Assembly (NCBI RefSeq): GCF_009834535.1
Contig: NC_045696.1
Span: forward strand, 20,586,001-20,650,000
Origin: Camelus ferus
Lineage: Eukaryota
Direction: 5' to 3'
DNA length: 64,000 nt
A program made the position numbers and the translations under genes. The notes beneath the pieces are model-generated. The model saw only the letters and a program-made list of their open reading frames with translations, was not told where the DNA came from and ran no database searches. Of the stretch, positions 39,335 to 53,261 are shown piece by piece (positions within the stretch are counted from its first letter, which is position 1; each line of letters opens with the position of its first letter).

Positions 39335-39910
39335 ATATTATTCTCAGAAGCAAACTACTCCACAATGTAATGATTTAAAACTACAGCCTTAAAAAAAAAT
39401 ATATATATATATATATATTCCTGTATTCTATGGATAAGGAACTTGGTGCAGCAGAGGCTGACTGTCTTTGCTCCACAGCGTCTGGGACTTGAGCTTTAAG
39501 ACTTGAAGACTAGTGGTAACACGATGGCTACAGTTTTGTATTAACAGGAGGCCCCTTCGCTTATCTGTCTGGCACCTGAGCTGGAATAACCTAAAGATAA
39601 AGACTGCCAACCGGAGAACCTAGAGTTGGCCAATACGTGTTCTGGATCCTCACAGCACGGTGGTCTTAGGATACTCTGTCTTCCTACGTGGTATCCCATG
39701 GCTCTCAATCTGAATATTCCAGTGACCAAGGAGAAACTTGCACCGCCTTTCATTATCCATCCTCAGAGGTCACATAGCATCACTCCTGCCATACCGTGCT
39801 ACAGTCCCAGCAGTTAAAAGTCTACCCAGGTTCACAGGGAGGGGGCATTAATCCCACTTCTCAATGGGAAGAACATCAAAGATTTTGCTGTCCTTTTAAA
39901 AAACGTACAC
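39335..39910 (-). mobile_element. MaLR solo LTR (MLT1F/G/H-like)
   Basis: tgctccacagcgtctggg...cagaggtcacatagcatcactcctgccatac...cccacttctcaatgggaagaacatcaaag. Confidence 0.8.
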
Positions 39911-40699
39911 ACCTGCCTATAGTCTCTGATTAGCCATCAGTCTCTATCAGCAAGGTCTGTAGTTTGCTTCTGTCTGAATTATCTGCTCCAACTCCCTCCC
40001 TACCCTTCTTCTCAATCAGCTTACTTTTCTCCTTGAAAACCAATCAAATGACTACGAATGATCACTCTACATCTTAACATAGGGCACACTGTATACAATA
40101 AGAGCAATTATATTTTCCTGTCTCTTTGAGAGAGTATATGAATGGCCAAGCACCATTTTAAAATAAGGCCACTTAATTCATGAGACAGTGACCCTCACTG
40201 AACTGTAAAGGACCAGGAAAGGGTGGCAGGAATGGAGTGGAGGAAGTGTTTTACCAAGGTCATAGAGCTCTTGGTTTATGACAGCAGATCCCAAGGAGAT
40301 GAAAGTCCTACTGCAACAGAAGTTTTACCAGCAAGAGTCAAAGGCCAGTTGTTTAAAACAGCATTAAATGTGAAAAATATGACTCAAAACTATGCAATTT
40401 TCTCATTTGAAATGTCAAGATTGTAACACATTTGGATAGACTATAGATAAGGCAATTAATTTGTGGTAACATTGATACAGAAATATTTTTCTGATCTTTT
40501 AAAGACAAATGAAGGATCCAATATTATGCTTTTATATCACAATAAAATCAATCTTCTTAACAAAGAAAATGAAAAAAGCACTATATTATACAAGTGATTT
40601 TTTCAAAATTCCAAGCTGAGAATAAGTTAGAAAAAAAAATCCCCTTTCTTATTGAAATGATACAATAAAAATCTTACTCTTCAAAAATTTAATTAAAAT

Positions 40700-40910
40700 A
40701 TATTCGAACATTTACTGGATAACAGATACTACATAAGCAGTTCACTTCTCCACTTCCATATTAAAAGTTGCAAAAACCCTAGAAGGCAGCTATTTTGATC
40801 TCCATTTTCTAGATGACATTACTAAGACTTAAGGGTTTAAGTAACTTAACTGGTACTGTATATTAATAAGGACAGAAGAAGAAATTAGATTTAAATCTAT
40901 CTTATTCCAA
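40700..40910 (-). mobile_element. MIR SINE
   Basis: caaaaaccctagaaggcagctattttgatctccattttctagatg...agggtttaagtaacttaac. Confidence 0.65.
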
Positions 40911-41439
40911 AGTGGAGGAATTAAAAAAAAACTGCCTGAAAGCAAACATTCTACCAAACTGGTAGATAAGAGGCTAAAAGCCTAATTATAATTTTATTTG
41001 GATAAACAAAGAAATGTGACTTTTCTTACATTCAGATATTAAAAAGATAAAATAGCATAAGAAGCTATAAAAATATTCTGAAGCTCAAGAAGTTTTAGTA
41101 ACTTACTAAGTGCACACATCTTGAACCATGGGCTGCAACTAGAACTCAAGTCTCATATTTCCAGTGATGCAACATGCTCACCTTTTCACTTTGTCATAAT
41201 ATTACATTCATTTGGTATTCTATTACAACTCCTTTCACAATCACTGCATAACTTATTTATGACCTACCTAAATCCTCCCTCCTCCACAGGCCTTTTTCTT
41301 ATTACTTCATATAACAGTGACTTCCTAGAGCACTTACTCATGAGAGTAACCACTAGTGTATTCACAGTAACGTGGTATGTGTTATAGCAATCGATTATCA
41401 TAGTAGTATCACTTTCATGAATTCGGTACTTTCAAAAAG

Positions 41440-42100
41440 ATATGGAAACATGTTTCCCAAAGAAGACATACAGATGGCCAACAGGTACATGAAAAGGTGC
41501 TAACAACATGATTCATTAGGAAAAGGCCATCAAAAACACAATGAGTTATCACCTCACAGTGGTTAGAATGACCATTACCAAAAGGACAAGAAATAACAAG
41601 TGTTGCTGAGGATGTGGAGAAAAGGGAATCTGGGCATTGTAGGTGGGAATGTGAACTGGTGCAGCCACTATGAAAATCAGTATGGAAACTCCTTAAAAAA
41701 TTAAAAATAGGACTGCCATGAGATTCAGCAATTCCACTCTGGATATCTATCCAAAGAAAACAAAAACACTGATTTAAAAAGACACATGCAACCCCGTCAT
41801 ACCTGCAATAATATTTACAATAGCCAAGACATAAAAAGAACCGAAATGTTCACTGATGCATGAACAGATAAAGAAAATGTGGTCTAGACATACAATGAAA
41901 TATTTTTCAGCCACGAAAAAAATTTAATTGTGCCATTTGCAACAATATGGATGGTACTTGAGGGCAGTATGCTAGGCAAAATTGGTCAGACAGAAAAACA
42001 AAAATAATATTATCTCGTATGTAGAGTCTAAAAAAAAAAAAACAAAAAATGAGCTCATGGATGTAGAGAGCAGATTGGTGATTGTGTGAAGTGAGCGATG
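41440..42100 (+). mobile_element. L1MA/MB ORF2 C-terminus and 3' UTR
   Basis: aaagaagacatacagatggccaacaggtacatgaaaag...gaggatgtggagaaaaggga...ggtgcagccactatgaaaa. Confidence 0.93.
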
Positions 42101-44974
42101 GGGTTTACTTCCTACAGTACTTACAAGTGTGCCTCGTGCACAGATGTTTATTAATGCAAACTAACATGGGAATGGAAGCAATCTTAAATTGCTGGTTTAA
42201 ACTAACAAAAATTGTCTCAAGTATACTATGCAGAAATTTCTGGAAACAATACAATTACCCCACGAGCACAATACATTTATTTGCTCATTTATATTAATTG
42301 TTGATGTTTTATTTAAAGCTCTTCTTTAAGTATGCTGTGATGTGTTATTTTGTTCTCTTTAAAATGCATTCAATATTTTAATCATTGCCACAATATTATT
42401 AATTATAAGATATTAAGAATAATATTTTAATAGATATCTTTCCAGTGCTCTTTGCATAAAGATTGTAAAGAGCACAAGTTATGAGCAACTTTTATCTGGT
42501 GCAAACAGTATATCACAGAATAACAATTAAAATTATTTTTAGCAGATCATTTCTGCACTTCAGAAAGACTACAAACAGATTTTTCCCTTTTTTAAGTAGG
42601 TAGTTGAACTTATTCTGCTTGCCTCATCAAGATCTTACCAGATAATTCACTCTAAATTATTATATACATGCTTCCAGGCACTACCAAAAATTATTTAAAT
42701 ATATTAGAATAAAATGTGTTATATAATTTCATCATTACCCTGAATTGGAAAAAATGATATAGCCATTTCTTTCTAATTAAAAAAAGTTTGCTTACAAAAT
42801 ATTAAGAGACTAAGATGATTGCTTTAAGCATGTCAGATTAATAAAGTCTATTATTTTTAAAAACATTTATTTTGGATCAACCAAACATTTGCCAAAGTTC
42901 AAGATTCTTTAGTTCAACACACACACAAACACACAGACACACACACACAAGTTCTGAGGGTATCTCCACTAGGAGGTGGTTTTGTAACCTTGATAGCAAT
43001 ACATCCTTTGAAATGTATATGACTCAAGAGATATTTAATATTTGATGGAAGTACCACATCCACGCTCATCTCTGAGAGATGTGGCAACCCTTAAAGCTAT
43101 TTAAATCATCCTCAAATCTGTATTCTTTTTTTTTTTTCTTTTTTCTGTTCAATTTGATTGGTATCTTCCTCCTTGCTTCTATTTGCACATGGGACTCAGT
43201 CACTTTGCATGGATTCTTTAACATGAATTATGTGAAAAGTGAACAGGCACATCCTTTACCTTGCAACATATAATAGTCAAGGTTTTGTTCTCTGGAAGCA
43301 TTACTGAAATCACAGATGATGGGACTCTGAATGACAACACAACAGAAAACAAAATGAAATTGGGCGTTTTGACGGTCCACAGTTCTTTTCACTCTGCTGT
43401 TTGTATCCTCCTACTGTATTCCATCTCCTGTCTGCAAAAGCACACCTCCTCCTTCCCCATTACTACCACCACCCCAATGCCTCCATTATCACCACCACTT
43501 GTGCCATTTCCCTGAGGAAGCACCTTTAAAAAAAACACTAGACTAAGTAGAAATGATGGGAGAGTTTCCTATTTGTGTGAGCAAAGCACTCCAGCTCTTA
43601 TAGAAACGCCTTGCCTTGACCCTCACTTTTCAGACTCTGTCTAGGTCCAGTAATTTAAATGCCTAATTAGATTAGCAGATGCTTTCTTAACTAACTCATG
43701 GTCCTCCACTAATAGGTGTCAGCTTTTAAGATACATTAAACAATTTTTTCTCAATTGCATGTATTGAACAGTACATTTTATATGTGACTATATTAATGAT
43801 AAATTAAGTATATCGTTTCTATAGGGATTTATAAAGAAAGCACTAATCACATAACTCTTTCTTTAAGATGTAACTGAATTTAATAATCCCTGCTATTAGT
43901 GATTACACAGGATACCCTACTTTAATAGATTTGGGGATTTATTAAAACTTCAGATATTTTAATTAAAATTTTTGTTTGTATAGAAATATATCTGTAGGTA
44001 GCAAGGTGAAAAATAATGGTTTCTCACTCATGAAATAGTATTACAAGATAGAAGTGGCTTAAAATCTTGTTCGTGGTATAGAAGGGGAGTGTATATTTTA
44101 ACACTGAAATCAAAGGGTTATTCTCCGTTGAATAAGAAAGGAAGTACAAGAGAGATTTTTTTCTTGCATTTTAGCATAACATCTTTCTTACAAAACTTCT
44201 TGACTACCTGTGATTTATGCAGCAAAATAAGCTTTCTTATGACACTTATGTTAATCTTTTTTCCCTTTCCATTACCTGAACATATCAGTATGTTTTCTTG
44301 TTGAAATAATTTGGACTAGTAATTTGCAAATTTCCTCTGACAGCCCTTAAGGTACAATAAATTTCTCAAATCGGTAGGAGCCCTTGAAATGTGTCTTCAG
44401 TATCCCTGCTGCAAATGAAACTAGCGAGCTACAAATGTGCCAGTGCACAGAAAATCAGAAAGAATGAATTTTCCCTTACATGGAATTGGATGCTCCCTTA
44501 ATTATTTGTAACCCTGGGCTATAAGGAAGTTTCTCATTTCAGAATTAGATTTTACAACTAGGATTTTATTTTTTGTTTGTTTGTTTATTTATATGCCTGT
44601 ACTACATTTAATGAGTTTGGATCAGGAAAAAAACATAAAGACAAACTGGACTAAAAAACACATCACTCCTTTAAAATGTTTGAAGATATTTCCCATAAAT
44701 AGTATTATTTCAACATATAAAACTTAACTTTACTGAGCTTCCATGGAATAGGAAAACAAAAATTTCTGTCCAATCTATGTTTTGAAGTTATATTAAAGAT
44801 TTTCTTCTGTGATTTTGACCACAGCAAGTGCAGACAGCAGGGAATCCAATATGCTACTGATGGCATTCCATATACTCCATATTTTTAGACTCTTGTGATT
44901 ATAATATATTTTATAAATTTTTGGTATTTAAAAATTTTGTATTTTTCCCCATTTTTGACAATTGCACTTTTGCA

Positions 44975-45140
44975 GTATGCTGCAGTGATTAAACTGTAGG
45001 TCCTGAAATCAGACAATCGGGGTATAAATCCCTGCTCTTCCATTTACTAATTTGGGCAAGTGACTTAGTTTCTTTGCATGAATCATGTTTAGAACTGGTA
45101 ACACATACAAGAAAACCCATTAGAATAATGTTTTAAATGC
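44975..45140 (+). mobile_element. MIR SINE
   Basis: tgaaatcagacaatcggggtataaatccctgctcttccatttactaatttgggcaagtgacttag. Confidence 0.75.
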
Positions 45141-47231
45141 ATAAATAGCTACTTTTCCACCATATAGTTAAATTCCAAAAGCCAGAGGTTTTGAATTGCT
45201 AGGATGACTCCATGAAGACATCAGGAAAGCAACTACTTTCTATTATCTATCTCTATCTTCAGTTTCTATCCTCAGGGCTACATAGTAGTTGCTGGAGCTC
45301 CAGCAATTACTTCATTATTTCAGGAAGTAGAAAGGTGAAAAAAGGAAAGAATTAATGGTACAACCTAGCCCAAAAGGAGAAGAATAATTAGATTCCACTC
45401 TTAATGGGGTAATGGCATATTCTTAGAAAACCGTAAGTTGTGAGAGATGTTGTTTGAGTCATCTTTGGAAAATTCAATCCCCTGCCTTTACAACTGAATC
45501 TCAGAAAATCTAATGCTTTATCTGAGTGTGTTTTAACCCCGTGAAAATTATGGTTTGGGTGACTCTAAGCAGAATAAGAGAAAGGATATTCAGCAGTCTT
45601 TGAAAGACCTCTATTTACCTATTTGCAAAATGATTAATGTAACAGTATATATCTCTAAAAGTTATCATCGAGGTACATGAAATGATTCCAGTTAGCATTT
45701 TGGGGATACTGTAGAGTAATCTGGTAATGAAGAGAGTTCCCCACAGCATGATGCTTTACTCCACGTGGATACCATAGGCTCTTTGGTTATACATTGACGT
45801 TTTACTGTCATGGACATCTTCCAATGTATTATCAGAAACCAGTGATTCTCAAATTTTTTATATCACATCTCATGTAGACAATGATATTTTACAGAAAATG
45901 ATGTGTCAAAGGTTGCTCATGGCCTGAGATGACAGAACAGAAAGACCTCTGGGTCACTCAGGCCCAGTGCAGTTCACCTGTCTATGAGGAAACCAATGCC
46001 TTTACAGACTTTTAATACGTTCACTACCATTATCAACCTTTCTTAGCCCAAGCACCTCTATTTCATAAACTACTTCAAATAATTTTCTCTTTTGCCTCCA
46101 AACTAATGAGCTATTTCATCAGTCAAAGATACAAAGTTCAACTAGACATTTATGTATCCCGAGCATTCTCTTTCTGCACAACATTCTTTCTTGATAATGA
46201 CATGATTATGAGAATCAAAGTTGAGATTTGAGCAGAGAGAGAGCAGAAAGAAGATGCTGGGAGCCAAGATCACTAGCTGTACTGAAGGGACATAGGGAGA
46301 ATACACCTGGCCAATAACTATAGTTTTCCCATGATTTGCTGAGCAGCTGCGCTTATTAACTGCATTCCTGGTGTAGAGCACATGGGTTCCAAATAGAGCC
46401 CTAAGGAGTGTCACCAATGGGCATCTAATTTAGGGATGTCTGACTGTCAAACTGGAGGTGGTAGGATTTGTGCTTATGCTTATTTCAGATTTTCTTGCTC
46501 TTTTCATCTTTATCTATATATGCTAATCTTTTTTCCCTTTATCTGGAGCATTTATTCTCTTTTACATTATTTTCCATTCATAACACACTTAATGAATTTT
46601 TCCTTTGTCTTAAAAGTTCCTTGCTTACTCATTCTCTATGCTTAATACATCCTGTGAATTTCAACTTTTATATTTTTATCACCTTTAGCAGAATTGTTAT
46701 TCAATAATAAAGCAAACAAACATTGCACTTCAGTAACGTAACTGTTTGAAACTATGGCTGTATTTAATGAAAGAGAATGTAGGCACCATAAGGATTCTGA
46801 ACTCCAGATAGCCCACACCCCATTCTGAACCTCACCAATACTGATCTTGCTTCATTTGTCATTGAAATCCCATGAAATTACTTTTCAGTAACTAGTGACA
46901 AGGATAATGTGTGTACTTACTACTAGGGCACTTCTCTAGTTCCTTGACAAGTGGTGCCTTTAAAAAATTTTACATGCCCTTTGGTGAAGTTTAAATGAGG
47001 ACTGAGGCACCCTCCCAGGTCATCAGTCTATAGTCGAAGATCGCCAGAGGCACTTGGCAGAAGGTTAATGTGTAAAATGACACTTCAGCAAATATAAATG
47101 TCTATTTTTTCCAGAGACAATTCATCTATTCATATGCATTTGTTGACAACTACCAAGACCCAGGTACTATTGTGGGTGACAGGGATAGGGAAGTAAACAA
47201 AGCCCCTCGGCTTGAATAGGTAGAGATGGCC

Positions 47232-47694
47232 TGTGGCATCCCTGAGTTGTGCCTCTCAGATCTCACGCAGGACTGTCTTTGCAAGGAGTGTAATTGACTA
47301 CCAGCTACAGCTATTACGTTCTGAAACCTGTCACTAGATTTGTGATATTTGAGGACAGACATGCATTCTGCGTGAATCTCCCTGCCAATGACTCAGGCTC
47401 ACCCATTTCTGGGAGACTTGGTAATGCTCTAATGGGATATTTTGACTCAAAGACTCCACAACAGCCTTGTAATATTTTTAGGTTTGTATAGAAGTCTCAG
47501 ATATTTCACCCCTTCCTTCTCGCATTCCTTCTTTCTCTCCTTAACCCAGAGCCAACTGACGTTAAGGTCTGACAATTTTTCAGACTTCCCCAGATTCCTT
47601 CTGTTTTTCCTCACAGGCATTGACCCGTACAGATCACTTGCATAAGTAATTCCTTCTCGTCGTCTTTCTCTCACAAGAATCAGACTAATTCACA
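47232..47694 (+). mobile_element. ERVL solo LTR, LTR16C-like, within an L2 fragment
   Basis: tgtggcatccctgagttgtgcctctcagatctc...gccaatgactcag...cctcacaggcatt...cagactaattcaca; L2-like flanks ~47120-47231 and ~47695-47800. Confidence 0.85.
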
Positions 47695-47834
47695 GAACAG
47701 CAGCAAAGAAACAATAACAGATAAGTGCTATGGAGAAAAGATAAAGCAGGAACACAGAGATGGGTTGTACAAGTAAGCAGAATTGCTCTTCTACAGTATT
47801 TAGTCACAGACTTCAGGGAGTGAAGCACCAAGTA

Positions 47835-48592
47835 CAGCAGTCCCCCCTTATTAGAGGTTTCAGTTTCTGAATCACAGTCAACAGTGGTCCAAAAATACTA
47901 AATGCAACATTCTAGAAAGAAAAACCATAAGCTTAAAATTGCATGCAGTTCTGAATAGTGTGATGAAATCTCCAGCAGTCCCACTTTGTCCCTTCTTGGA
48001 TGTGAATCTTCCCCTTGTCCAGTGTATCCTTAGTCCCTTAGTAGCCTCAAAGCCAGCTGGATTATCAGATTGATTGCCATGGTATCACGTGTTTGTGTTC
48101 AAGTAACTTTATTTTACTCGATAATGGCCCCAAAGTGCTAGAGTAGTCATGCAATTTAGATACATCAAAGAGAAGCTGTAAAGTTCTTCCTTTAAGTGAA
48201 AGGTGAAAGTTCTCGACTTAATAAGGAAAAGAAAAAAATCATATGCTAAAGTTGCTAAGACCTATGGTAAGAATGAATCTTCTATCATAAAATTGTAAAA
48301 AAAAAAAAAAAAGAAAAATATTGTGCTAGTTCTGCTGTCACACCTCAAACTGCAAAGTTCTGGCTACAGTGCATAAGTGCTTAGTTAAGACGGAAAAGGT
48401 ATTAAATTTGTACAATAAGATATTTTGAGAAAAGGAGAGAGAGACACCACATTCACATAACTTTTATTACAGACTATTGTTATAATTGTTTTATTTTAAT
48501 ATTAGTTACTGTTGTTAATCTCTTACTCTGCCTAATTTATAATTTAAACTTTATCATAGGAATGTGTGTATAGGAGAAAACGTAGTATATAC
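47835..48592 (+). mobile_element. MER44/Tigger7-family DNA transposon, right end missing
   Basis: ta|cagcagtccccccttat. N-terminal transposase remnant atggccccaaag...KVKVLDLIRK..KSYAKVAKTYGKNESSI. Confidence 0.92.
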
Positions 48593-48754
48593 TTGGGAAC
48601 AGTACTTTTTTCCCCTTACAAATTGGCTTAAACATAAAAACATTATGAACATGTATAAACATTAAATGGAGCTGGTAAGGCCTGAAACTGTTAAACTCCT
48701 AAAAGAAAACGTAAGGAAAACTTGCCTTGACATAGGTCTTGACAATGGAAACAG

Positions 48755-49183
48755 TAAATAGATGTTGTTGATGTCATTAAAGTCCCAAATTTGCTCACTT
48801 TGAGTCAATCAAAATAGATTATCTTGGATAAGCATGATTTAAAATAGGTTAAAGTTCTTAAAAGAGGGACTGGAAACCTCCCTGAAGTGGGAGACTCTCC
48901 AACTGGCATTAAAGAAGACAGCTGCCACAAGGTCCTCATCAACAAGGAAATGGTTTCTGCCAACAATACAAGGAAGCTTGAAAATTAATCTTTACCCAGT
49001 ATTGGCTCTAATGAGAATGCATCTCTGCAGAGAACTTGACTGCAGCCTTTGGCTGCCCTGGGCAAAGAACGCAGGTGAGCAGTAACCAGCATCTTGACCA
49101 ATGGCAACTGAGATAAAAATATGAGAAATTTTAACTCAGTAAATTTGTGGTAATTTGGCATGCAGCAATAGAAAACTAATACA
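48755..49183 (+). mobile_element. MaLR LTR (MLT1E-like)
   Basis: ctttgagtcaatcaaaatagattatcttgg...caaggaaatggtttctgccaacaa...gcagcaatagaaaactaataca. Confidence 0.85.
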
Positions 49184-49199
49184 ATTACCCAAGAGTGTA

Positions 49200-50900
49200 G
49201 GAGTGCTTTAAGAGTAACAGAAAACTCTTAGTAAATAAATCAATAGTCAAAAAAATTCCCTCTGAAAACACAGGTGTTCCACATATTATTAAATTTCAAT
49301 TCTAGAAAAATAGCTGAGACAGGGATCATCCTATATATTACATAAATAATTTGGAGAGAGTAAAAATTAAAAGCTGTTGAACTCATTACCTAGTACAATT
49401 TGCCCTAGGAATGCAAGAATGGGTTGGTATTTCAAAATTATCACTGTAAATCACCACATTAACTGATTAAACACAAAAAGAAAAACTCTCAGCACATCCA
49501 GAAAATATATCTAATAAAAATGTACCAATTATGATAAATCCTAACAACTTGATAAACCTCCCTGCCAAGAATCAAAGCAATATCATACTTGAGTGGGAAA
49601 AATATAGTCATTTCCTTTACTGTAAGCAAAATGCCAGCTTGCTCACTAATATAGCTCATAATCAGCAGGGTACTGGAAGTCCTAGCCAAAGAAATATAAC
49701 CAAAAAGTTGAGAGAAGAAAGTGGAAAATAAAAAGAGACAAAACGTAACTTTCTTAAAAATCACATAATGATGCTGAAAATCTAAGAAAATAAACATTAA
49801 CTCCTCAACAGTGAAGATCTACTTAGCACAGTAATCGTATTAAAATATAACAGTAATAGTATTCCAATGAATCAGCAATAACAAAGGATTATATATATAA
49901 ACATATATAAATAAGAAAAAGTATCATTGAACATGACAAGCAAATCAATATAATACATGAATCTACAAGAAGTTTTCAAAAGTTACTGAAGAAATTTAAA
50001 TTTGTAAAATAGATTAACAAGTTTATACCATATAGTACAGGGAACTATTACCAATATCTTCTAGTAACTTATGGTGAAGAAGAATATGAGAATGAATGTA
50101 TGTATGTTCCTATATGACTGAAGTATTGTGCTGTACACTAGAAATTGACACAACATTGTAAACTGAAAATACTTCAATAAAAACATATTTTTAAAAAGTT
50201 AATGAAGAAATTTGCTAAATTTCATTGCATATACAAGTTTGAGTCAAAATTTTAAAGCTTCTGTGATGTCAAAAGCACAATCTGCAATCTAAAAAAGTTA
50301 AAAAGAACTGGGGGAAGACATTCGCACATAGGACAAAAAAATGGCTAATTTAAATACAAAATTAAAAAGTAATAACTATATATCCCCTTCTCCCAAAAAG
50401 AAACACATCCCAATAAGAGAAAAAACAACAAAAAACAAACATTAAAAAAAGATAATCAACATAAGAGCAAACCAAGGGCTAATGAACATACCAATATATC
50501 TACAACCCTGATAATATTTTATTCTATTTAGTAAATATTAGATACTCTCAAAACCCCATGTGTTGGACAGGAAGTGGGAAAACAGAAAAAAAAGTAATAA
50601 TAAACTGCTGATAGGATTGTAAATTTTGTTTATTTAAGAGACAATTTCTTTAATATAAGTTTTAAAGTCCTTATTCCCTACACGAATCAAGAGTGTCATA
50701 AGGAAACAGAGATTCCATGTAGCATTGTTTGAAAAGGCAAATCTGTAAGAATTCTCATTAGAAATGGAGAAAGGAGTAGGAAATACACATAAATGATAAT
50801 CCTATAATCTATGTGTATATTATTTATTCTACCTTTATACTTTTCTGGATAATTTCTGTATTTTATAATATACTTCTCAATAAATAATAATAGTGAAAGT
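49200..50900 (+). mobile_element. Old L1ME ORF2/3' remnant
   Basis: ccctaggaatgcaagaatgggttgg; tactggaagtcctagccaaagaaat; degraded 3' UTR to ~50880. Confidence 0.7.
49998..50193 (+). mobile_element. Young camelid-type L1 3' end
   Basis: gactgaagtattgtgctgtacactagaaattgacacaacattgtaaactga; 20-bp TSD aaaagtta(c/a)tgaagaaattt (49978-49997 / 50194-50213). Confidence 0.93.
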
Positions 50901-52469
50901 CTTATAAAGAGTTTAAGCAGCCATATACATAAGTAATAATCTGAAAAATTTATCTACAAATGAAAGGCTGAATGGCTTCATGAAGCCTCAAGTCCTCAAA
51001 TCCTCAGATATAGAAAGGAAACACCATTTTCCTTCAAAAAACAAACATTCAAGCTAGAGACTCTAGAAAGTGTTTGTTAGTAGAGTATAGCAAGTGACAT
51101 GTGAGAGTATCACCAGAACACAAAGAAAGAAAATATAAGTCAGATTTGCTTAGGAAAAGTGAAGGAGGTAAAACTCAAACTAAATTTTAAAAGACAGTGA
51201 TAAGATCACATCCTTCAAGACCAGTGATTGGAGTAAGAACCAAGCTCTAAATGAAACCCATAGGAGAACCTAATTTCAAAGAGTTCAAGAACAGAAGCAG
51301 ACACTTCAAAGAAGTAGCAGAAGTACATACTCATTCATCTTGTGCCTGGCCCTGTACTAGGCCTTTCACACATATTTATTTCCTACAGAATTCTTGTAAA
51401 TCAATATTATTTTGTATCAAGATAAAATTAAGTCTAGAGAATTTAAAATGGTAAAATAAGTAACTCTTGATAGAAAGACACAAACATAAGCCCTTCCTGA
51501 TTTTTAAATTCCTCTCTCAAAAACTAAACTTGGTAAACATTATGAAAGTGTGGCTTCACCAAAGGCAATAAAGACTCTCAAAAGAGTTACAGATACAATA
51601 GAGGAGTGAAGGGAAAACTATATAATTTGAAGGAGTGATGGGTGGCTTTTCCAATGTCATAGAAATAGGCTGGCGGAAGTCAATATATGCTCAGTTGTAA
51701 AACGACTGAAAAGTGTAGAACAAAGTATAAAGAGTACTATTTTGAGCAACTCCACTAGGAAAGAAAGAAAATGAGACAATGTTTATTAAACTTAATAATA
51801 TGGATTTTTTAATCTGAGAATATGTTATGGGTATTTAAAAAATGATATTATGACCTGTCATTATCATACTGGAGGTCATAGCCAGTGCAATAAAGAAAGA
51901 CATTTTTAATGTGGTAGAAGGACTGGAAGGCAATAAGTAAAAACACATTTCTTTTATAAATAACATGAACACATATACATATATGTAAATTAGATAAATC
52001 AAAATAACGGCATTTAGCAATGACAATTTACAAAGATCAAGTTTACATATGAGGCAAAACAATTAGGAAATAAAAGATAAAAGATAATATTTCTGATAGC
52101 ATAAGAAAAATAAAATGCATGGTAATAAATCTAACAGAAGAGGAACAATAGCCCTCCCCTAAGAACAACAAAATGTGAATAGCATTAATTAAAGAAGACC
52201 TAAATAAATACAGTATTTCACGTTCAAGGTTTGGAAAAATCAATATTGTAAACATGGAAATTCTCTGCTAATTAATATATTGATTCAAACAACCGCAATA
52301 AAAATCCCAGCAGGTGTCTTAGCAAAACTCGATTAGTTGTTTTCAAAATTATATGAAAAAAGACTCAAGGAGAGCTTGGGTGATCTTGCAAAAGTATAAA
52401 AAAATCCGAAGAACTTTTATTCTCAGATATAAAGATGAATTATATATAATAAAAATGACAGTATACAAT

Positions 52470-53123
52470 TGTAATGGAGCAGGACCCTGTGGGGCCTTCC
52501 GAGGACAAACCTTCCCACCCCTACCACCATGTCTTCTGCCTGTCTCTTCTCTTTAGAAAAACTTTAGCGTCTTAGGCCTTTCCCGAGTTGCAAGACTAAA
52601 CTTCATCAAATAAGTGAGAAAATGCAGAAGCAAAGGAAAAGAGCCAAGCAAGACAAAATAATAATAGTTTAGCCACTGCACAGTCAAGGACCTATAGTTC
52701 CTCCTCAAGGGCTAAGGATAATATTCTGAGCTATATCCTTTGAGCTGTTTTGCAGATCCTAAAACACCCACCAGTGTTTAGAGAAGTTAACCGTATGTTG
52801 TCCACAAGCAAGCAGACCACAGAAAGTTTGGAGCCAGAAGTTTGATGATGTAGAATCCCGACTGCCTCACTGCCAACCAATCAGAAGAATGTCCACAAGC
52901 TGATCATGTACCCCACAACCCCCTTCCCTCACTCTGTATTTAAAAACCTTTCCCTGAAAGCCATCAGGGGAATTCAGGTCTTTTAAGCACTTAAGCACTA
53001 ACTGCCTGGACTCCCTGCTTGGCACCCTGCAATAAACGCTGTACTTTCCTTCACCACAACCTGGTGTCCGTAGATTGGCTTTACTGTGTATGGGTGAGCA
53101 GATCCAAGTTTGGTTCATTAATA
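52470..53123 (+). mobile_element. ERV1-class solo LTR
   Basis: Starts tgtaatggagcaggaccctgtggg and ends ggttcattaata (terminal CA mutated). 4-bp TSD CAAT (52466-52469 / 53124-53127). CCAAT at 52877, TATA-like at 52937, AATAAA at 53031. Confidence 0.9.
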
Positions 53124-53261
53124 CAATTAGCTCAGAAATAGACAAATAGACAAGGAAAATATAATTAAAAAATCTGAGATTAAAAAGTTGATGTAAAGTG
53201 GAGAAAAATTTGGTTTTGATAGTGGGTCAATTGGATACCCACTTGCAAAACTATGAATCTT